Shown piece after piece: positions 53,552-64,000 of a stretch of 64,000 bases of DNA (position 1 is the first letter of the stretch; each line of letters starts with the position of its first letter). The DNA comes from a virus. A program made the translations under genes and the position numbers. A model generated the notes under the pieces. It saw only the letters and a list, made by a program, of their open reading frames with translations. It was not told the origin of the DNA and made no database searches. The stretch is taken from IMG/VR virus record IMGVR_UViG_3300025450_000016. One strand, given 5' to 3'.

Positions 53552-55126
53552 TTAACCTACCTGAAACCAGAAGTCGCCGTTGTTTCCGCCACTGGGTGGA
53601 TTAGGTGATACTGTATAATTAAATTTTTGTGCTGCAATAGCGCCAGTTACAAATGCTGTAGTAGCCAACTGTGTGCTGTTGGTGCCAGCAGGAGCAGTAG
53701 GTGCTGTGGGTGTTCCAGTAAATGCTGGACTACCAATGTTGGCCTTGAGTGCCAAGTCAGCATTGAGTGTGTTGATCAATGATGCTTCAAACGCTGAAAT
53801 TTGTGTAGACAATGCAGCATTTAATGCAGAACTGGTTGTATCAACATAAGCTGTACTGGCTATAACTGTGTTGTTGGAATTCAAAGTCGCTGTTGGAACA
53901 GTAGGTGTTCCTGTCAATGCTGCACTATTCAATGGCGCCAATGTTGGAATAGTGTTGTTGATGCTGACCACATTGCCTTGTAAAGTGGCAATTTGACCGG
54001 AAAAAGTAGCTACATTGGAATTTAATGCTGTGGATACTGCGTTGACGTTGGCGTTGATATTGTTTGTAGCTGTGTTTAAATTGGTTGCTGTATCTGACCG
54101 CAAAGTGTTGATGTTTGCTGTCAATGCGGCCACTGCAGAATTCAAATTGGTAGTGGTTGTTTGTGCCAACAATCCAATATTGGCGTTGAGAACCACAACG
54201 TTTTGATCAACGTAACTTTTATTTGTTACCGAATTTGGGTTACTGGCACTGGTCAACGGTATAGGCATTTGAGGAACGCCGTCGATGCCAGAAATTGACA
54301 ACGAGTGTGTGGTTCCGTTGATGGTATTGACATATACTTCAATGTTGCCAGAAAAATTGCGATTTTGTATAGTTAATGATTTGTTACCAAACGATAAACT
54401 GGCATCACCAAGTCGTAAGTTTCCGTTGACGCTGATATCTTGTGCAAATGTGCTGGCAATGTCTGTTCTGGCATAGTTGGCTGCTATTGCTCCGCCTAAA
54501 GCTAGGGCGTTTAAAGTTGTACCGTTTACAGTTACGAGATTGCTTAGATTGATACCAGGCTGTATGTCGCCAAAATGTGCAATGGCAGTTTGAGGAGTAA
54601 ATTCAGGGTCAAAGCTGGCAATGGAAATTCTATTGCCATTGGTATATGTGCTTACCACTGTGTGCCCGTTGCCGGCACTATCAAGTATGGTTTCAACTAT
54701 GTCGCCGCTTAGACCTTGTGTGGCCGAATAAGGAGGCCCTACAACTACCCACTCAGCACCGTCCCAAGAAAATAATTGTTTGTCGTTGATAGAATACCAT
54801 TGGTCGCCCAATTTGTTTTGAGTAGGAGCAGTTTGACTAACAGTACGTTCACTTACTGGTATCCAATTGGTACCATTGTACACACGTATTCTAAGATTGG
54901 CAGTATCATACCATAGTGTTCCTTTTAAAGGAGTGTATGCGCCATTTTTGTTGGGATCTTGTTCGCTGGCAAAATTTTCCAACAGTCTAACAAAGTTTTC
55001 GTTTTGAAATTCACCGTAGTTGGTATAATTACGACCAATCAAGGTCACGCCTAGATCGCTGTTGGTTGTACCGTCCAATAGGTCAAATAATTTAGTACTG
55101 TCGGTTGTGGTAATAGGGTAACTCAT
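53552..55126 (-). CDS. Tail fibre protein
   Basis: Shared N-domain; coiled-coil; SPAFTGTPTAPT...QLATTAFV repeats. Confidence 0.85.
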   Translation of the reverse strand: MSYPITTTDSTKLFDLLDGTTNSDLGVTLIGRNYTNYGEFQNENFVRLLENFASEQDPNKNGAYTPLKGTLWYDTANLRIRVYNGTNWIPVSERTVSQTAPTQNKLGDQWYSINDKQLFSWDGAEWVVVGPPYSATQGLSGDIVETILDSAGNGHTVVSTYTNGNRISIASFDPEFTPQTAIAHFGDIQPGINLSNLVTVNGTTLNALALGGAIAANYARTDIASTFAQDISVNGNLRLGDASLSFGNKSLTIQNRNFSGNIEVYVNTINGTTHSLSISGIDGVPQMPIPLTSASNPNSVTNKSYVDQNVVVLNANIGLLAQTTTTNLNSAVAALTANINTLRSDTATNLNTATNNINANVNAVSTALNSNVATFSGQIATLQGNVVSINNTIPTLAPLNSAALTGTPTVPTATLNSNNTVIASTAYVDTTSSALNAALSTQISAFEASLINTLNADLALKANIGSPAFTGTPTAPTAPAGTNSTQLATTAFVTGAIAAQKFNYTVSPNPPSGGNNGDFWFQVG

Positions 55127-55130
55127 AGTA

Positions 55131-55817
55131 TTATCCGATCGAGCTTAAATTGGTCAGGGTTTGAATTCGCACAGTATAATCAATTTGAATTAATCTATTA
55201 AGAGCTTTTTGCACTGGGTGGAATACCACGTGAGTCAATAACAATCCAGTGGAAGTTAGTCCGCTAGTGCCATTAATGCTGCGACCGCGCAGACCTAATT
55301 CGTCAAATACAAATTCGTTGTTTAGACTTTGGCTAACGTCAAAGTAATCTTGCCCGTTGGGCTCACCGTAGTCTAACAAACAGCTGACCAGAATATCAGT
55401 ATAAATTGTGCCAGGAATATGGCTCACTGTCATTTTGTTGTTGCTGGGATCTTTGTTGGCCACCGCAGTATCGTCAATCACTTTGGTATAAGTTGGATTG
55501 TATAAATTGCTGTTTTGTCCTGTGGTGTTGGTTGGCAAATAGGTAATAATGCCAGTGGTGTCTACGCTGGTACCACCATTGCCAAAATTCATTTCGTAAA
55601 TAAAGTTCTCGCCTTTGTTGGCAACAGAACTGGCCAATGCTCGACTAAAATTTTCATAGTGGATTGCATTGGGTTTATCAATGTAGACCTGCCCTGACTC
55701 GGGGTCAAAAATTTTGATATGACCACGTACATAAATACCAGACTGTTCATCTGGGCGTTTTTGTGTATTTTCCACTTGTTTTTCCTCTAAATTTTGTTTG
55801 TTATCAGTATTTATCAC
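55131..55817 (-). CDS. Baseplate/tail structural protein
   Basis: G.IKI, NAIH, FG.GG, FDELGL, LLTHV.F.PVQK...R.I.I.Y; sits between the large baseplate gene and the fibres. Confidence 0.7.
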   Translation of the reverse strand: MINTDNKQNLEEKQVENTQKRPDEQSGIYVRGHIKIFDPESGQVYIDKPNAIHYENFSRALASSVANKGENFIYEMNFGNGGTSVDTTGIITYLPTNTTGQNSNLYNPTYTKVIDDTAVANKDPSNNKMTVSHIPGTIYTDILVSCLLDYGEPNGQDYFDVSQSLNNEFVFDELGLRGRSINGTSGLTSTGLLLTHVVFHPVQKALNRLIQIDYTVRIQTLTNLSSIG

Positions 55818-58800
55818 GGTGTTTTACCCCCGGCTGCAGTAACACTTGGACTGTTTTTCAAGAAAGCAACCTGCGCTGTTGTACTGTTGTACAAGCCTGT
55901 GCCATCTGTTGCTGTGCCGTATGGGCCTGGGCTGTACCAAATTTGTGATTTTGAAACTGTTGAACCGGCTGGTACTGTGATTTTTCCATCTACGGTTACA
56001 TTGCCCAAGATATAAGAACTCACAATGTAGCTGTCAGCTTCAACTCTGTTGATTTGCAGTTTGCTGGTTGAATTGCTAAATGAATCTTCGTCAAATCCGT
56101 CTGCAGTGTCAAAAAACTCAGGACGTCCTTGAGTGCCAATAATTGATCCGCTAGTAATAATGGCACCAAAAGAACGCTGATTTGATACTGTTTCAAGTGC
56201 TCTTAGTGTAACACTCACCGCAGTATTACCTTCAAATGCATAGGTTACGTTGCCAGCTGCCAGTACATTTGCAAACTTGGATGTAGCTATGTTTGCCGAC
56301 GATATTGGTGTGATATTTGATGTTGGGAATGTGGCAGAATACACATTACCTGTGGTAATATAAGTGTTGCCACCGCTGTCAAAAATATATGTGTGCAAAG
56401 GAAACGCTGTGTTGGCTGTCCAAGTTTTAGTGCCAGGGCCATAGACATTTCCGGTAACAGTATAACTGTTTCCGTTGTAGTAGGTTAGAACTCCAGGTTT
56501 TATTGTGGTACCAGGTTGCCATAAATCCACAGTGGTCAAACTGGTGATGATATCACCAACATTGACGCTTATGTTTGCTGTAGTTGTAATTCCATATGCA
56601 ACCACATCAGTTGCTTGGTAAGTTGTTGCCTGACTCAATGTTGTTGAGGTAACTGCGGTATTGGGAATCTGTTGTGTTGCACTAGAATCTACCACTCGAC
56701 TGCCGGCTGGATGTATGTTAGCTGTTGCGGTTCCGTCAACTCCGCGTCTAATTTGTGCCAAGGTATTGATACTGACTTGTTCAATTTGTGTTGGTGCTAC
56801 ATTTGCAAAATCTATGGCATAAACGTTACCAGTGGCCACATAAACATTGCCAACGTAACTGATCAAACTTCCAGCAGGTACTGTAATGTTTGGTTGCCAA
56901 GGAATAGGAGTTTCCAATGCATAGTTTCTCCAGTAAGCAATTTTTTCTCCGTTGATGAAAACAATGCCCGGTGTGCTGGATATCTGATTGGGGGCCGGCA
57001 AACGTGTAGCATCAACTACACTGATAGTTGTGTCGGTCATTGCTAAATCTTGGGCTAATGCTGTGGTTGATGCCGCGGCAATTCGATAATAAGATCTCTC
57101 GCTTTGCATATTATCAAAATATCTCCAAGCAATATTGTCAGTTTGATAAACACTCAAATTAAAACTGTCAAACATACGACCCGGTATTAATTCTTCGGGT
57201 GCGTGACTGACATAGCTGTTTACATAGCTGCCACCATCCACATACACATTGGCCATATCAATGCCCAGGTTGTCGGAATATTGACTTTGTATAATAGTAT
57301 CTACTGTGGTACCCAGGTATGTGTTGCCTTCAATGATCACCCCAGGATAATTTATTCCGTCGCTGATCAAACTCAAATCAACATTGCCGTTGTAGGCCAC
57401 AATGCGATCATTGGCATTGTCAAAGTCTGCGGCAGAAATTTTGACAATTTGGGAAGGAAAGTTGACTGTGTTTGTTACAGTATTTCCAGTGATCACGTAG
57501 TTGTTGCTCAATCTAAATAGATGTGTATCCAACACTATGACTGAGTTGGCTGCAATAGTTTGTCCCAAACTTGCACTAACATTGCTTGATATATTGCTCC
57601 AAAACACAAAAGTGTTTGGGTTGGTATATGTGGTACGGTCAAATTTGATATTGGTTTTGATGCTTCTGACCACGTTGTGTCCCGAATTGTTTCCGGTATA
57701 TTCGTTTCTCAGTATTGGGTTAACTATTGCACCCGCGCCTGTGCCGTTGACAACTATGGTCGGAGTCGATGTATAACCAGATCCAGGGCTGATCACACGA
57801 ATTTGATTGATCTGGCCGTATGAGTTAATGGATGCAGACAAATTGGCTCCGGTACCACCACCACCGGTAACAATAAGTTGCGGAGGCAAGGTGTAACCCG
57901 ATCCAGGGTTCTCTATGCTTACATCAACAATTTTGTAGGTGTAGTTGTTGGACCAATTTTGGTAGGTACTACTAGATAGCAAGGCAACGTCAGTACTTTG
58001 TGTTCCGTCTGGTGCTCTGTAAGTTTTTAAATTGGCGTCCCAGTATGCCGGCAGGTCAAAGTCTGTTATGTCTCCGGCATACGGATCATTGCGTTTGTAA
58101 TTGATAACAAATTCGCGCAGTATGGTTCTGTATGGTTTAACTTCGTTGATGTACTCTAGATAATAATCTTGGTTGTCTTTGATGTAGGCCGGGAAAGTTT
58201 CTAATTTTCTAATATCTTGTGTGGCCGATACAAAGCTGGTTTTAAATACCCAATCTAGATTTTTCTGTTCACTAAGCACATACTTGACCATTGAGAAGAA
58301 AATTTGATTGTAAGTCAACGCCAAGTCTTCAATGAAAATTTCTTTTTGCATTGCAGAAATAATTTGTCTCAATTCTTTGCTTGGAATAGCGCCAGTGGTG
58401 ATTTGTAAGGTGCCGTTTTGTATTCCCACCAATGTTTTGGTAAGGTCGCTGTTGATCTGATAAACTAAAAATTGTCCGTTACCACCATCCAACACTTTGA
58501 CAAACTGACCAGCTGTCAGTGACAATTTGCCCAGCTCAATGTCATTTTTAACAGTATAGTTGGGAGTGGTAGTTGGATTGTAAGCAGAATCATACCAATC
58601 AGCATAGGTCCAATACAAATCGGTTTTGTAAGTTTGTACTGTTGATACCGTAAATATGCCCACCGTGCCATTACAGCCCGACAGAGTGTATACTGCCCAT
58701 TTGCCCAAATTGGTGCTGTCTGATTTTACCAATACACGACTTTGACCCACAGTTAATGCCGTTGTATCAATGTAATTTAATTCATCAACAGTATCAACTG

Positions 58801-61800
58801 TTAAATCATATGCACCTGAATTGGCAGTAGGTACTGGTTCCTGGCTGAGCAAGGTTGTTAGTACTTTACGTTGTGTTACTGGATAGGTTAATAATTGTGT
58901 GTTGACCAAAGTAACATAGTTAATCAGGGCCAACGGCTGATCCACAAACATTGTTTGTCTTGGACGAATATTGATACCGTAGGCCTGTGCCGGAGTTAAC
59001 GCAGGATCAGGAACAACATTGCCAAATTTGTCAACCCCAGCAAGACTGTCAATAAACTTGGCCAATATTGCTGCAGGAATAACGCTGTCGGCATTGCCTT
59101 CTTGTACCAACGCATACTCGTTGTGTATTAAATCTGCATCAGGACTAAAACTGCCCAAATGCAATACAGTATTTTTTGCTACCAAGTATTGATTTACATT
59201 GTACAAGGCCACGGTGTCATTGCGTAAAAATGCCGCATATGGAATTCCTTGACTCAAAGGATTTTCAATGGCAGAAACAATACTGGAAACGCTGTTGTAT
59301 TTGCCGGCCGCTGTGTTGGCCACATCTCTGCCCGACACCCAGAAATAATACTTCAACTGTACTGATCCTGATTGATCAATGTATCCATATGTGCTGTAGG
59401 CGCTGTCATTGCTGTATAAAGGTGTACCCACGTCAGAATACTGACTTGGCGGTACGGTGCTTTCTACCCATTCGTAAACATCAATTGAGCTGCCAGGGAA
59501 TCGATTGCCCCATTGGTTTAATCTATAGATCAATTCATCTTGTTCGTAGTCTACGTAACGTACAGTATCCAAATTCCACCAAATTTTACCTACCTGAGCA
59601 GGCCCCCAGTGGTAATCGTTGTGTATGGTCAGACCAGGATTTAATGTAACATTACCGGCATTGTAAAGTGCTGGATCTTGTGTGCGTTGATAATCAATGT
59701 CTCTGGCAACAAAATTTAACACTTTTCCTTTGTTGGGATCAACATAGTCTATTGCAGCTAAAATATTGTTGTTGACTTTGTTGTACAAAAATGTTCGGTT
59801 GATGCTGTTGATATCAACTTGGGGTTCTTGATTTCTGATCACTGTCCAAGAATTATCTACAGCGTCATATTGGTATACTCCCCACTCACCTGTGTTGTAA
59901 TTATCAACCCAAACTTTATCGCCAGTGATCCATCCGCCGGGTGGTGTAACTGATGCAATACCAGAAGGTGTTGCCACTCTAACCGATGCAAATTTATATA
60001 CTGCACCATTGCCCTGTACCGGAGCCGGAATCAGTGCAACTAAGTTGGCCACGTTGGTAATGGCTATAACAACAGAATTGTTGTTGTTGATTTGAATTAC
60101 TTTGTACATTCCATCAAACACTGATGTGTTGTAGGTGGGCGACGAGGGATTCAAGTCAATATTGAAATTGTTTAACAGTATGTAATCACCAACCACAAAT
60201 GAATGTGTAGAATTGAATGTCAGCTGTGCGTAGTTGTCTAAATTGTAAGTGAGTGTGGTTGCTGTCAATCCGGTGTTGTTGATTCTAAACACATTCCATT
60301 GTTGATTGTTATCTTTGGCTACCCATACATAATTGCCCACTGTTACTGCTGGTGTAACGGTGTTGGTTATATCAAAAATAGTTGCGTCAACATCGTTGAC
60401 ATTGACATATCCAGCAGTTGGTAAATCTTGAGGATATGCTGTACCTGTTCTATTGTTGTACAGTGATGTGCTTACGCTGGACAAATTGCTGGCATTGTAA
60501 ACGTTAGACAATTTTAAATTGGCATCCAACTTCAAGTCCACAATGATATTGCCAGTGGAATAAGAATCAGTTGTTAATGTAAATGCCACAGGATTTGTTT
60601 TGAACACACTTTGATCTAGAATAAATTCTGTGTATTGATTTCTAGCTAGGTCACCGTACTGTCCAACGCGGAACGCCCATTCTTCGTAGGTGGTGATACT
60701 GCCGCCCACGTTGTTAAAGTTGGCTTTGGTCAATGCGCTGACAGAATTGATTGTGCCTTTTTGTTTGATATAACCCTGGTATAATTTTGTTTGATTTTGC
60801 ACAGATATACCTAGATCAGTCAAGTAAGGACGCTGTCTAAATCCTATTAGGCCAGCACTGAATGCCTGAAAATCTTCGCTGACAGGCGGACGATCGATAT
60901 CGTATATTCTTTCAAACTCTTGAGCATTTTGACCAAAGCTGGGCAGTAATCCAGTTTGAATATCAGATTTGCTGATACTGGTCCACTGCTGTGGATTAAA
61001 TGTTTCGCTGGCATCTAAATCAGTTTTGGTAACATAAATTTGATTGCTGTAGGTAACTATGTCGCCAGACTTGTAGTCTGTTCCTGGTTCCCACGTAACT
61101 ACTGTAAAGTCACTGTAGACAAATCCTGGAGCATCAAGTGCGCCAGTCCAAGCGCCAGTTTTAGATCCGGTCAATCGTAAACGATATTGACGACTGCCCA
61201 AACTTGGTACATAGATAATGTCGCCAAAGTCACTGACATTGTCCAAGATCAACACGTGCTCGTACTGTATCAAATTGAATTTGCCATAACACATTGGCGT
61301 ACCGTTGACTGTACTCACAACTGTTTGATTGCCATTGACAAAGTTTTCTTTTCTCAACACATTGAAATCATTGCTCTTGATGGTTTTATAATTTTGATCT
61401 AACAATTTACTGCTGTTTGGCAAATTGGTAATTTCGTCTACAACCATTTGAGTAGAATTGATAGTCACCGATGTGGCTGCTGGATTTAGTAAGATAATTG
61501 TGCCAATGTCCCAACCCTGTTGTGCCCAGTATAAAAATTCTTTGACACTCAATTTCCAATCACGCACCTCACTGAGATCGTAATCAAAGTCAGTAAACAC
61601 AAAACCTTGACTGGTCAAGTATCTTTGATAGCTGAATAAAAAGTCTGCCAACTGTTGTTCGTTTACAAATACTGTACCATATGGTATGGTCATTGTTTCG
61701 TTGGCGCTGTCTTGGTACAGGTTCACTGTTAGTCCATTGACAGTTACCACGTCAACTGATCTGCTTACCGCACTTGGAATAATGGTAAAATACGGATTGG

Positions 61801-64000
61801 TTGTATCGTATCCGGTTACGCTATAGCCTGCCTGAACATTTTCCACGATCACTGCGCTGTATGAAATGGATTTAACCGGAACCGATTTGTTTAGATACAA
61901 ATTGTAGTTTGCATCTGGAATAATTACGCTGGCATTTGTTGAACCCGGACTTGTTTGTTCCGCACTCACCGTCAAAATCTTTTTATCAGTGAACCCACCA
62001 ACTTTGTAAGACAGTTGCATATTCAAATGCATAAAATACTGATTGAACTTTGCTACTGGATCAATGCCAAGATTTTTAACGCTGTCAAAAATCCAATTGA
62101 TATAGCCGCTGGTACGTAACACAGTACCCGATGTGCTGTCGCCATTGACAGCCAACAATGTTGGAGTCAATTTTTGATTGTCGCTGTTGCTGAATTGTCC
62201 AGTTACTGAATTTCTATAGAAACGACTGGTGTCAATTTGTGTGCTGAAATATTTTGCTGGTCTAGTCAATGCCATAGCCAATTGCAATGCATAAGCATAG
62301 TCACTGCTTCTGCGCCAAGCTGTTTCTACTGGGCCTTGCTGACCCACGCTGAAACTGCCAGATATAGTTCTTTGATTGAGCCCTGCCATCAACGGAATCT
62401 CTGATGGTGATTTTAGATCGCCAATTTCGTTCACTGGAATAATTGATGTCAAGCCAGGTCTAGCAAATCTTGTATCGTAGTAGGGATTGCCTGCGTTCCA
62501 AATGTAGCCAGCTTCAAGATCTTGCCACAGAGTCAAGTTGTTTCCGGTGTACGGTGCTGGACCATAACGATCTGTCCACCAATTTGGTTGGCGACTGAAG
62601 CCCAACATTTCCCACGGATGCAGGTGCGGACTATCTGTGTCAAACCAGTAGTTGTAAATTGCTCGCCAAGTTCCTTGTAAAGGAAGTCCTGTCAGGCTGT
62701 CAGCCAGACCGCCATAGTTCCAGGTCCAGCTGTTGTTGGCGTCATACCAAGTGTTTGATGTGTAGTCAATTTTGTAATTGCCGACCCACTGTAAAAAGTT
62801 TTGGTTTAGAATTTGATTGAATTCTTCTTTGCTGTAGTCAGTATTTCTGAAATATCCGGGAATTGTATCGTAAAGGTTAATTTCATTGGTTGCGTAACTG
62901 GCTTTGATATTGTTAAAAATTCTTCGCTCAAGTTCTAGCAAAAAGTCGTCGCGGAAATCACCAAACGCCGGAGTTAAACTTCCGTCGTGTCCTCTAATAA
63001 CACGCACAGGAGTTTGATATGTGCTGTCAAGATAAATCTCTGGTTCAAACTTTGGGTGCAGTCCCAATTTGGTTGGTGTTTCCGGCACATAACAACCATC
63101 GGTATTAAAATAGTCTCTGATGGTCAGTGTGTCACCAAATGTCAATGAAACCATGATTTCAACTGCTGGACTCACTGTGCTGAATTGGTAGTCGCGTCCC
63201 ATTACCAATTGTTTATTGTTTAAATAGACCAATACTGCACGATTGCTCAATTTGGTTGTGTCAAAGAAACTGCTGATTTCGTAACTGGTTTGACGTGCAT
63301 TTAAAATAGAGTACACCGTGGTGTTGTAATTGCCACCTTGTGGTACCATATCACTGAAGTACCAAGGGAATGTGTTGTTTTTGACCAAATTGATACTTTG
63401 TAATATGGCATCAACACCGGTCACGGGATTTTTATAATCAATACCATTCAACGTGGTGCACAGGCCCAAAAATTTATTTTTAAAGCGTGTGTATTCTTTT
63501 CTTGCTGCCGTAATGCTGTCAACAAAATTGGCCGACGGATCGTTTAAAAAACTCATTGCATAAGTCAATGGCGCACTATGTTGTACCAGTGTGCCACCTT
63601 GCGCTTTTAAATATCTGTCTTGCGAAGGTGTTGATTCAGTTGCCCCAGTAACAGTATTTTCAATCAGTTTGTTATAGTGTGCTCGTAATTGGCCAAGCGT
63701 GATTGTTGTGAAATTTTCATTCAGTGGGTTTAGGTCCAAGTTCTGAGGAACTTCGTAGTAGCCTATACTGCTTGGTTCGTTGCTAAACACAGCAACGTCA
63801 ATTTTATCTCCAATGGCTGGCATCGATAAAAGATTAACAACATTGTATACACCATAGGTAGTTACCACATAGTCAACATCTCTGCGTAGCAATGTGTTGT
63901 TTAAAAAAACTTTGATGTATGGTACTGTGGCTTCGTTGTCGGGCGTCACATCAATTTGTACAAATGCTCTTTCTATACCTTGATCATCTGTTATCACGTA
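55814..64000 (-). CDS. Very large virion/baseplate protein (>2,700 aa, 5' end beyond the window)
   Basis: Open to the window edge; I.NPGSGY..P repeats typical of baseplate wedge proteins; four CBM5/12-like W.P...Y motifs. Confidence 0.75.
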   Translation of the reverse strand, partial: YVITDDQGIERAFVQIDVTPDNEATVPYIKVFLNNTLLRRDVDYVVTTYGVYNVVNLLSMPAIGDKIDVAVFSNEPSSIGYYEVPQNLDLNPLNENFTTITLGQLRAHYNKLIENTVTGATESTPSQDRYLKAQGGTLVQHSAPLTYAMSFLNDPSANFVDSITAARKEYTRFKNKFLGLCTTLNGIDYKNPVTGVDAILQSINLVKNNTFPWYFSDMVPQGGNYNTTVYSILNARQTSYEISSFFDTTKLSNRAVLVYLNNKQLVMGRDYQFSTVSPAVEIMVSLTFGDTLTIRDYFNTDGCYVPETPTKLGLHPKFEPEIYLDSTYQTPVRVIRGHDGSLTPAFGDFRDDFLLELERRIFNNIKASYATNEINLYDTIPGYFRNTDYSKEEFNQILNQNFLQWVGNYKIDYTSNTWYDANNSWTWNYGGLADSLTGLPLQGTWRAIYNYWFDTDSPHLHPWEMLGFSRQPNWWTDRYGPAPYTGNNLTLWQDLEAGYIWNAGNPYYDTRFARPGLTSIIPVNEIGDLKSPSEIPLMAGLNQRTISGSFSVGQQGPVETAWRRSSDYAYALQLAMALTRPAKYFSTQIDTSRFYRNSVTGQFSNSDNQKLTPTLLAVNGDSTSGTVLRTSGYINWIFDSVKNLGIDPVAKFNQYFMHLNMQLSYKVGGFTDKKILTVSAEQTSPGSTNASVIIPDANYNLYLNKSVPVKSISYSAVIVENVQAGYSVTGYDTTNPYFTIIPSAVSRSVDVVTVNGLTVNLYQDSANETMTIPYGTVFVNEQQLADFLFSYQRYLTSQGFVFTDFDYDLSEVRDWKLSVKEFLYWAQQGWDIGTIILLNPAATSVTINSTQMVVDEITNLPNSSKLLDQNYKTIKSNDFNVLRKENFVNGNQTVVSTVNGTPMCYGKFNLIQYEHVLILDNVSDFGDIIYVPSLGSRQYRLRLTGSKTGAWTGALDAPGFVYSDFTVVTWEPGTDYKSGDIVTYSNQIYVTKTDLDASETFNPQQWTSISKSDIQTGLLPSFGQNAQEFERIYDIDRPPVSEDFQAFSAGLIGFRQRPYLTDLGISVQNQTKLYQGYIKQKGTINSVSALTKANFNNVGGSITTYEEWAFRVGQYGDLARNQYTEFILDQSVFKTNPVAFTLTTDSYSTGNIIVDLKLDANLKLSNVYNASNLSSVSTSLYNNRTGTAYPQDLPTAGYVNVNDVDATIFDITNTVTPAVTVGNYVWVAKDNNQQWNVFRINNTGLTATTLTYNLDNYAQLTFNSTHSFVVGDYILLNNFNIDLNPSSPTYNTSVFDGMYKVIQINNNNSVVIAITNVANLVALIPAPVQGNGAVYKFASVRVATPSGIASVTPPGGWITGDKVWVDNYNTGEWGVYQYDAVDNSWTVIRNQEPQVDINSINRTFLYNKVNNNILAAIDYVDPNKGKVLNFVARDIDYQRTQDPALYNAGNVTLNPGLTIHNDYHWGPAQVGKIWWNLDTVRYVDYEQDELIYRLNQWGNRFPGSSIDVYEWVESTVPPSQYSDVGTPLYSNDSAYSTYGYIDQSGSVQLKYYFWVSGRDVANTAAGKYNSVSSIVSAIENPLSQGIPYAAFLRNDTVALYNVNQYLVAKNTVLHLGSFSPDADLIHNEYALVQEGNADSVIPAAILAKFIDSLAGVDKFGNVVPDPALTPAQAYGINIRPRQTMFVDQPLALINYVTLVNTQLLTYPVTQRKVLTTLLSQEPVPTANSGAYDLTVDTVDELNYIDTTALTVGQSRVLVKSDSTNLGKWAVYTLSGCNGTVGIFTVSTVQTYKTDLYWTYADWYDSAYNPTTTPNYTVKNDIELGKLSLTAGQFVKVLDGGNGQFLVYQINSDLTKTLVGIQNGTLQITTGAIPSKELRQIISAMQKEIFIEDLALTYNQIFFSMVKYVLSEQKNLDWVFKTSFVSATQDIRKLETFPAYIKDNQDYYLEYINEVKPYRTILREFVINYKRNDPYAGDITDFDLPAYWDANLKTYRAPDGTQSTDVALLSSSTYQNWSNNYTYKIVDVSIENPGSGYTLPPQLIVTGGGGTGANLSASINSYGQINQIRVISPGSGYTSTPTIVVNGTGAGAIVNPILRNEYTGNNSGHNVVRSIKTNIKFDRTTYTNPNTFVFWSNISSNVSASLGQTIAANSVIVLDTHLFRLSNNYVITGNTVTNTVNFPSQIVKISAADFDNANDRIVAYNGNVDLSLISDGINYPGVIIEGNTYLGTTVDTIIQSQYSDNLGIDMANVYVDGGSYVNSYVSHAPEELIPGRMFDSFNLSVYQTDNIAWRYFDNMQSERSYYRIAAASTTALAQDLAMTDTTISVVDATRLPAPNQISSTPGIVFINGEKIAYWRNYALETPIPWQPNITVPAGSLISYVGNVYVATGNVYAIDFANVAPTQIEQVSINTLAQIRRGVDGTATANIHPAGSRVVDSSATQQIPNTAVTSTTLSQATTYQATDVVAYGITTTANISVNVGDIITSLTTVDLWQPGTTIKPGVLTYYNGNSYTVTGNVYGPGTKTWTANTAFPLHTYIFDSGGNTYITTGNVYSATFPTSNITPISSANIATSKFANVLAAGNVTYAFEGNTAVSVTLRALETVSNQRSFGAIITSGSIIGTQGRPEFFDTADGFDEDSFSNSTSKLQINRVEADSYIVSSYILGNVTVDGKITVPAGSTVSKSQIWYSPGPYGTATDGTGLYNSTTAQVAFLKNSPSVTAAGGKTP

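Noticed and set aside
48420-55126. Diversity-generating retroelement or invertible tail-fibre cassette
   Set aside because: No reverse transcriptase, TR/VR pair or invertase seen in the window
1-64000. Stop-codon reassignment, tRNA or rRNA genes
   Set aside because: The standard code gives full-length, densely packed genes ending in TAA, TGA and TAG; intergenic gaps are short and showed no cloverleaf by eye (tRNAscan not run)

Overview
This is a 64-kb segment of a large tailed dsDNA phage, probably a jumbo T4-like myovirus (inferred from an RNase H-type nuclease, thymidylate synthase, DHFR, tail-fibre genes, a >2,700-aa baseplate-type protein, dense overlapping ORFs and ATAAATA late-promoter-like motifs). 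Layout: (1) 1-3.9 kb, + strand, RNase H and small genes. (2) 3.9-10.4 kb, an operon joining DHFR and thyA to two SGNH-like paralogs and an NDP-amino-sugar pathway (2 NAD epimerase/dehydratases, a DegT aminotransferase, a PIG-L deacetylase). (3) 10.4-22.9 kb, an accessory region with sigma70 promoters, a repeated small-gene family, a MoxR AAA + VWA-metallopeptidase pair and a ParB-like/GIY-YIG-like/HNH/DNA-methyltransferase cassette. (4) 22.9-47.4 kb, the main finding: a ~24.5-kb phage-encoded biosynthetic cluster with 7 radical SAM enzymes (6 with N-terminal twitch domains), about 8 glycosyltransferase-like proteins, a NodU/TobZ-type carbamoyltransferase with a coupled 33-aa PFIY peptide, 3 SGNH proteins, a 2OG-Fe(II) oxygenase and an APS-kinase/nucleotidyltransferase fusion. 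(5) 47.4-64 kb, the tail fibre/baseplate module directly upstream of that cluster. The best hypothesis (inference) is a pathway that builds and tailors an unusual glycan on virion proteins; DNA or host-surface modification are the alternatives. All calls come from motif recognition only, with no database searches. No tRNA, rRNA or CRISPR array was seen.
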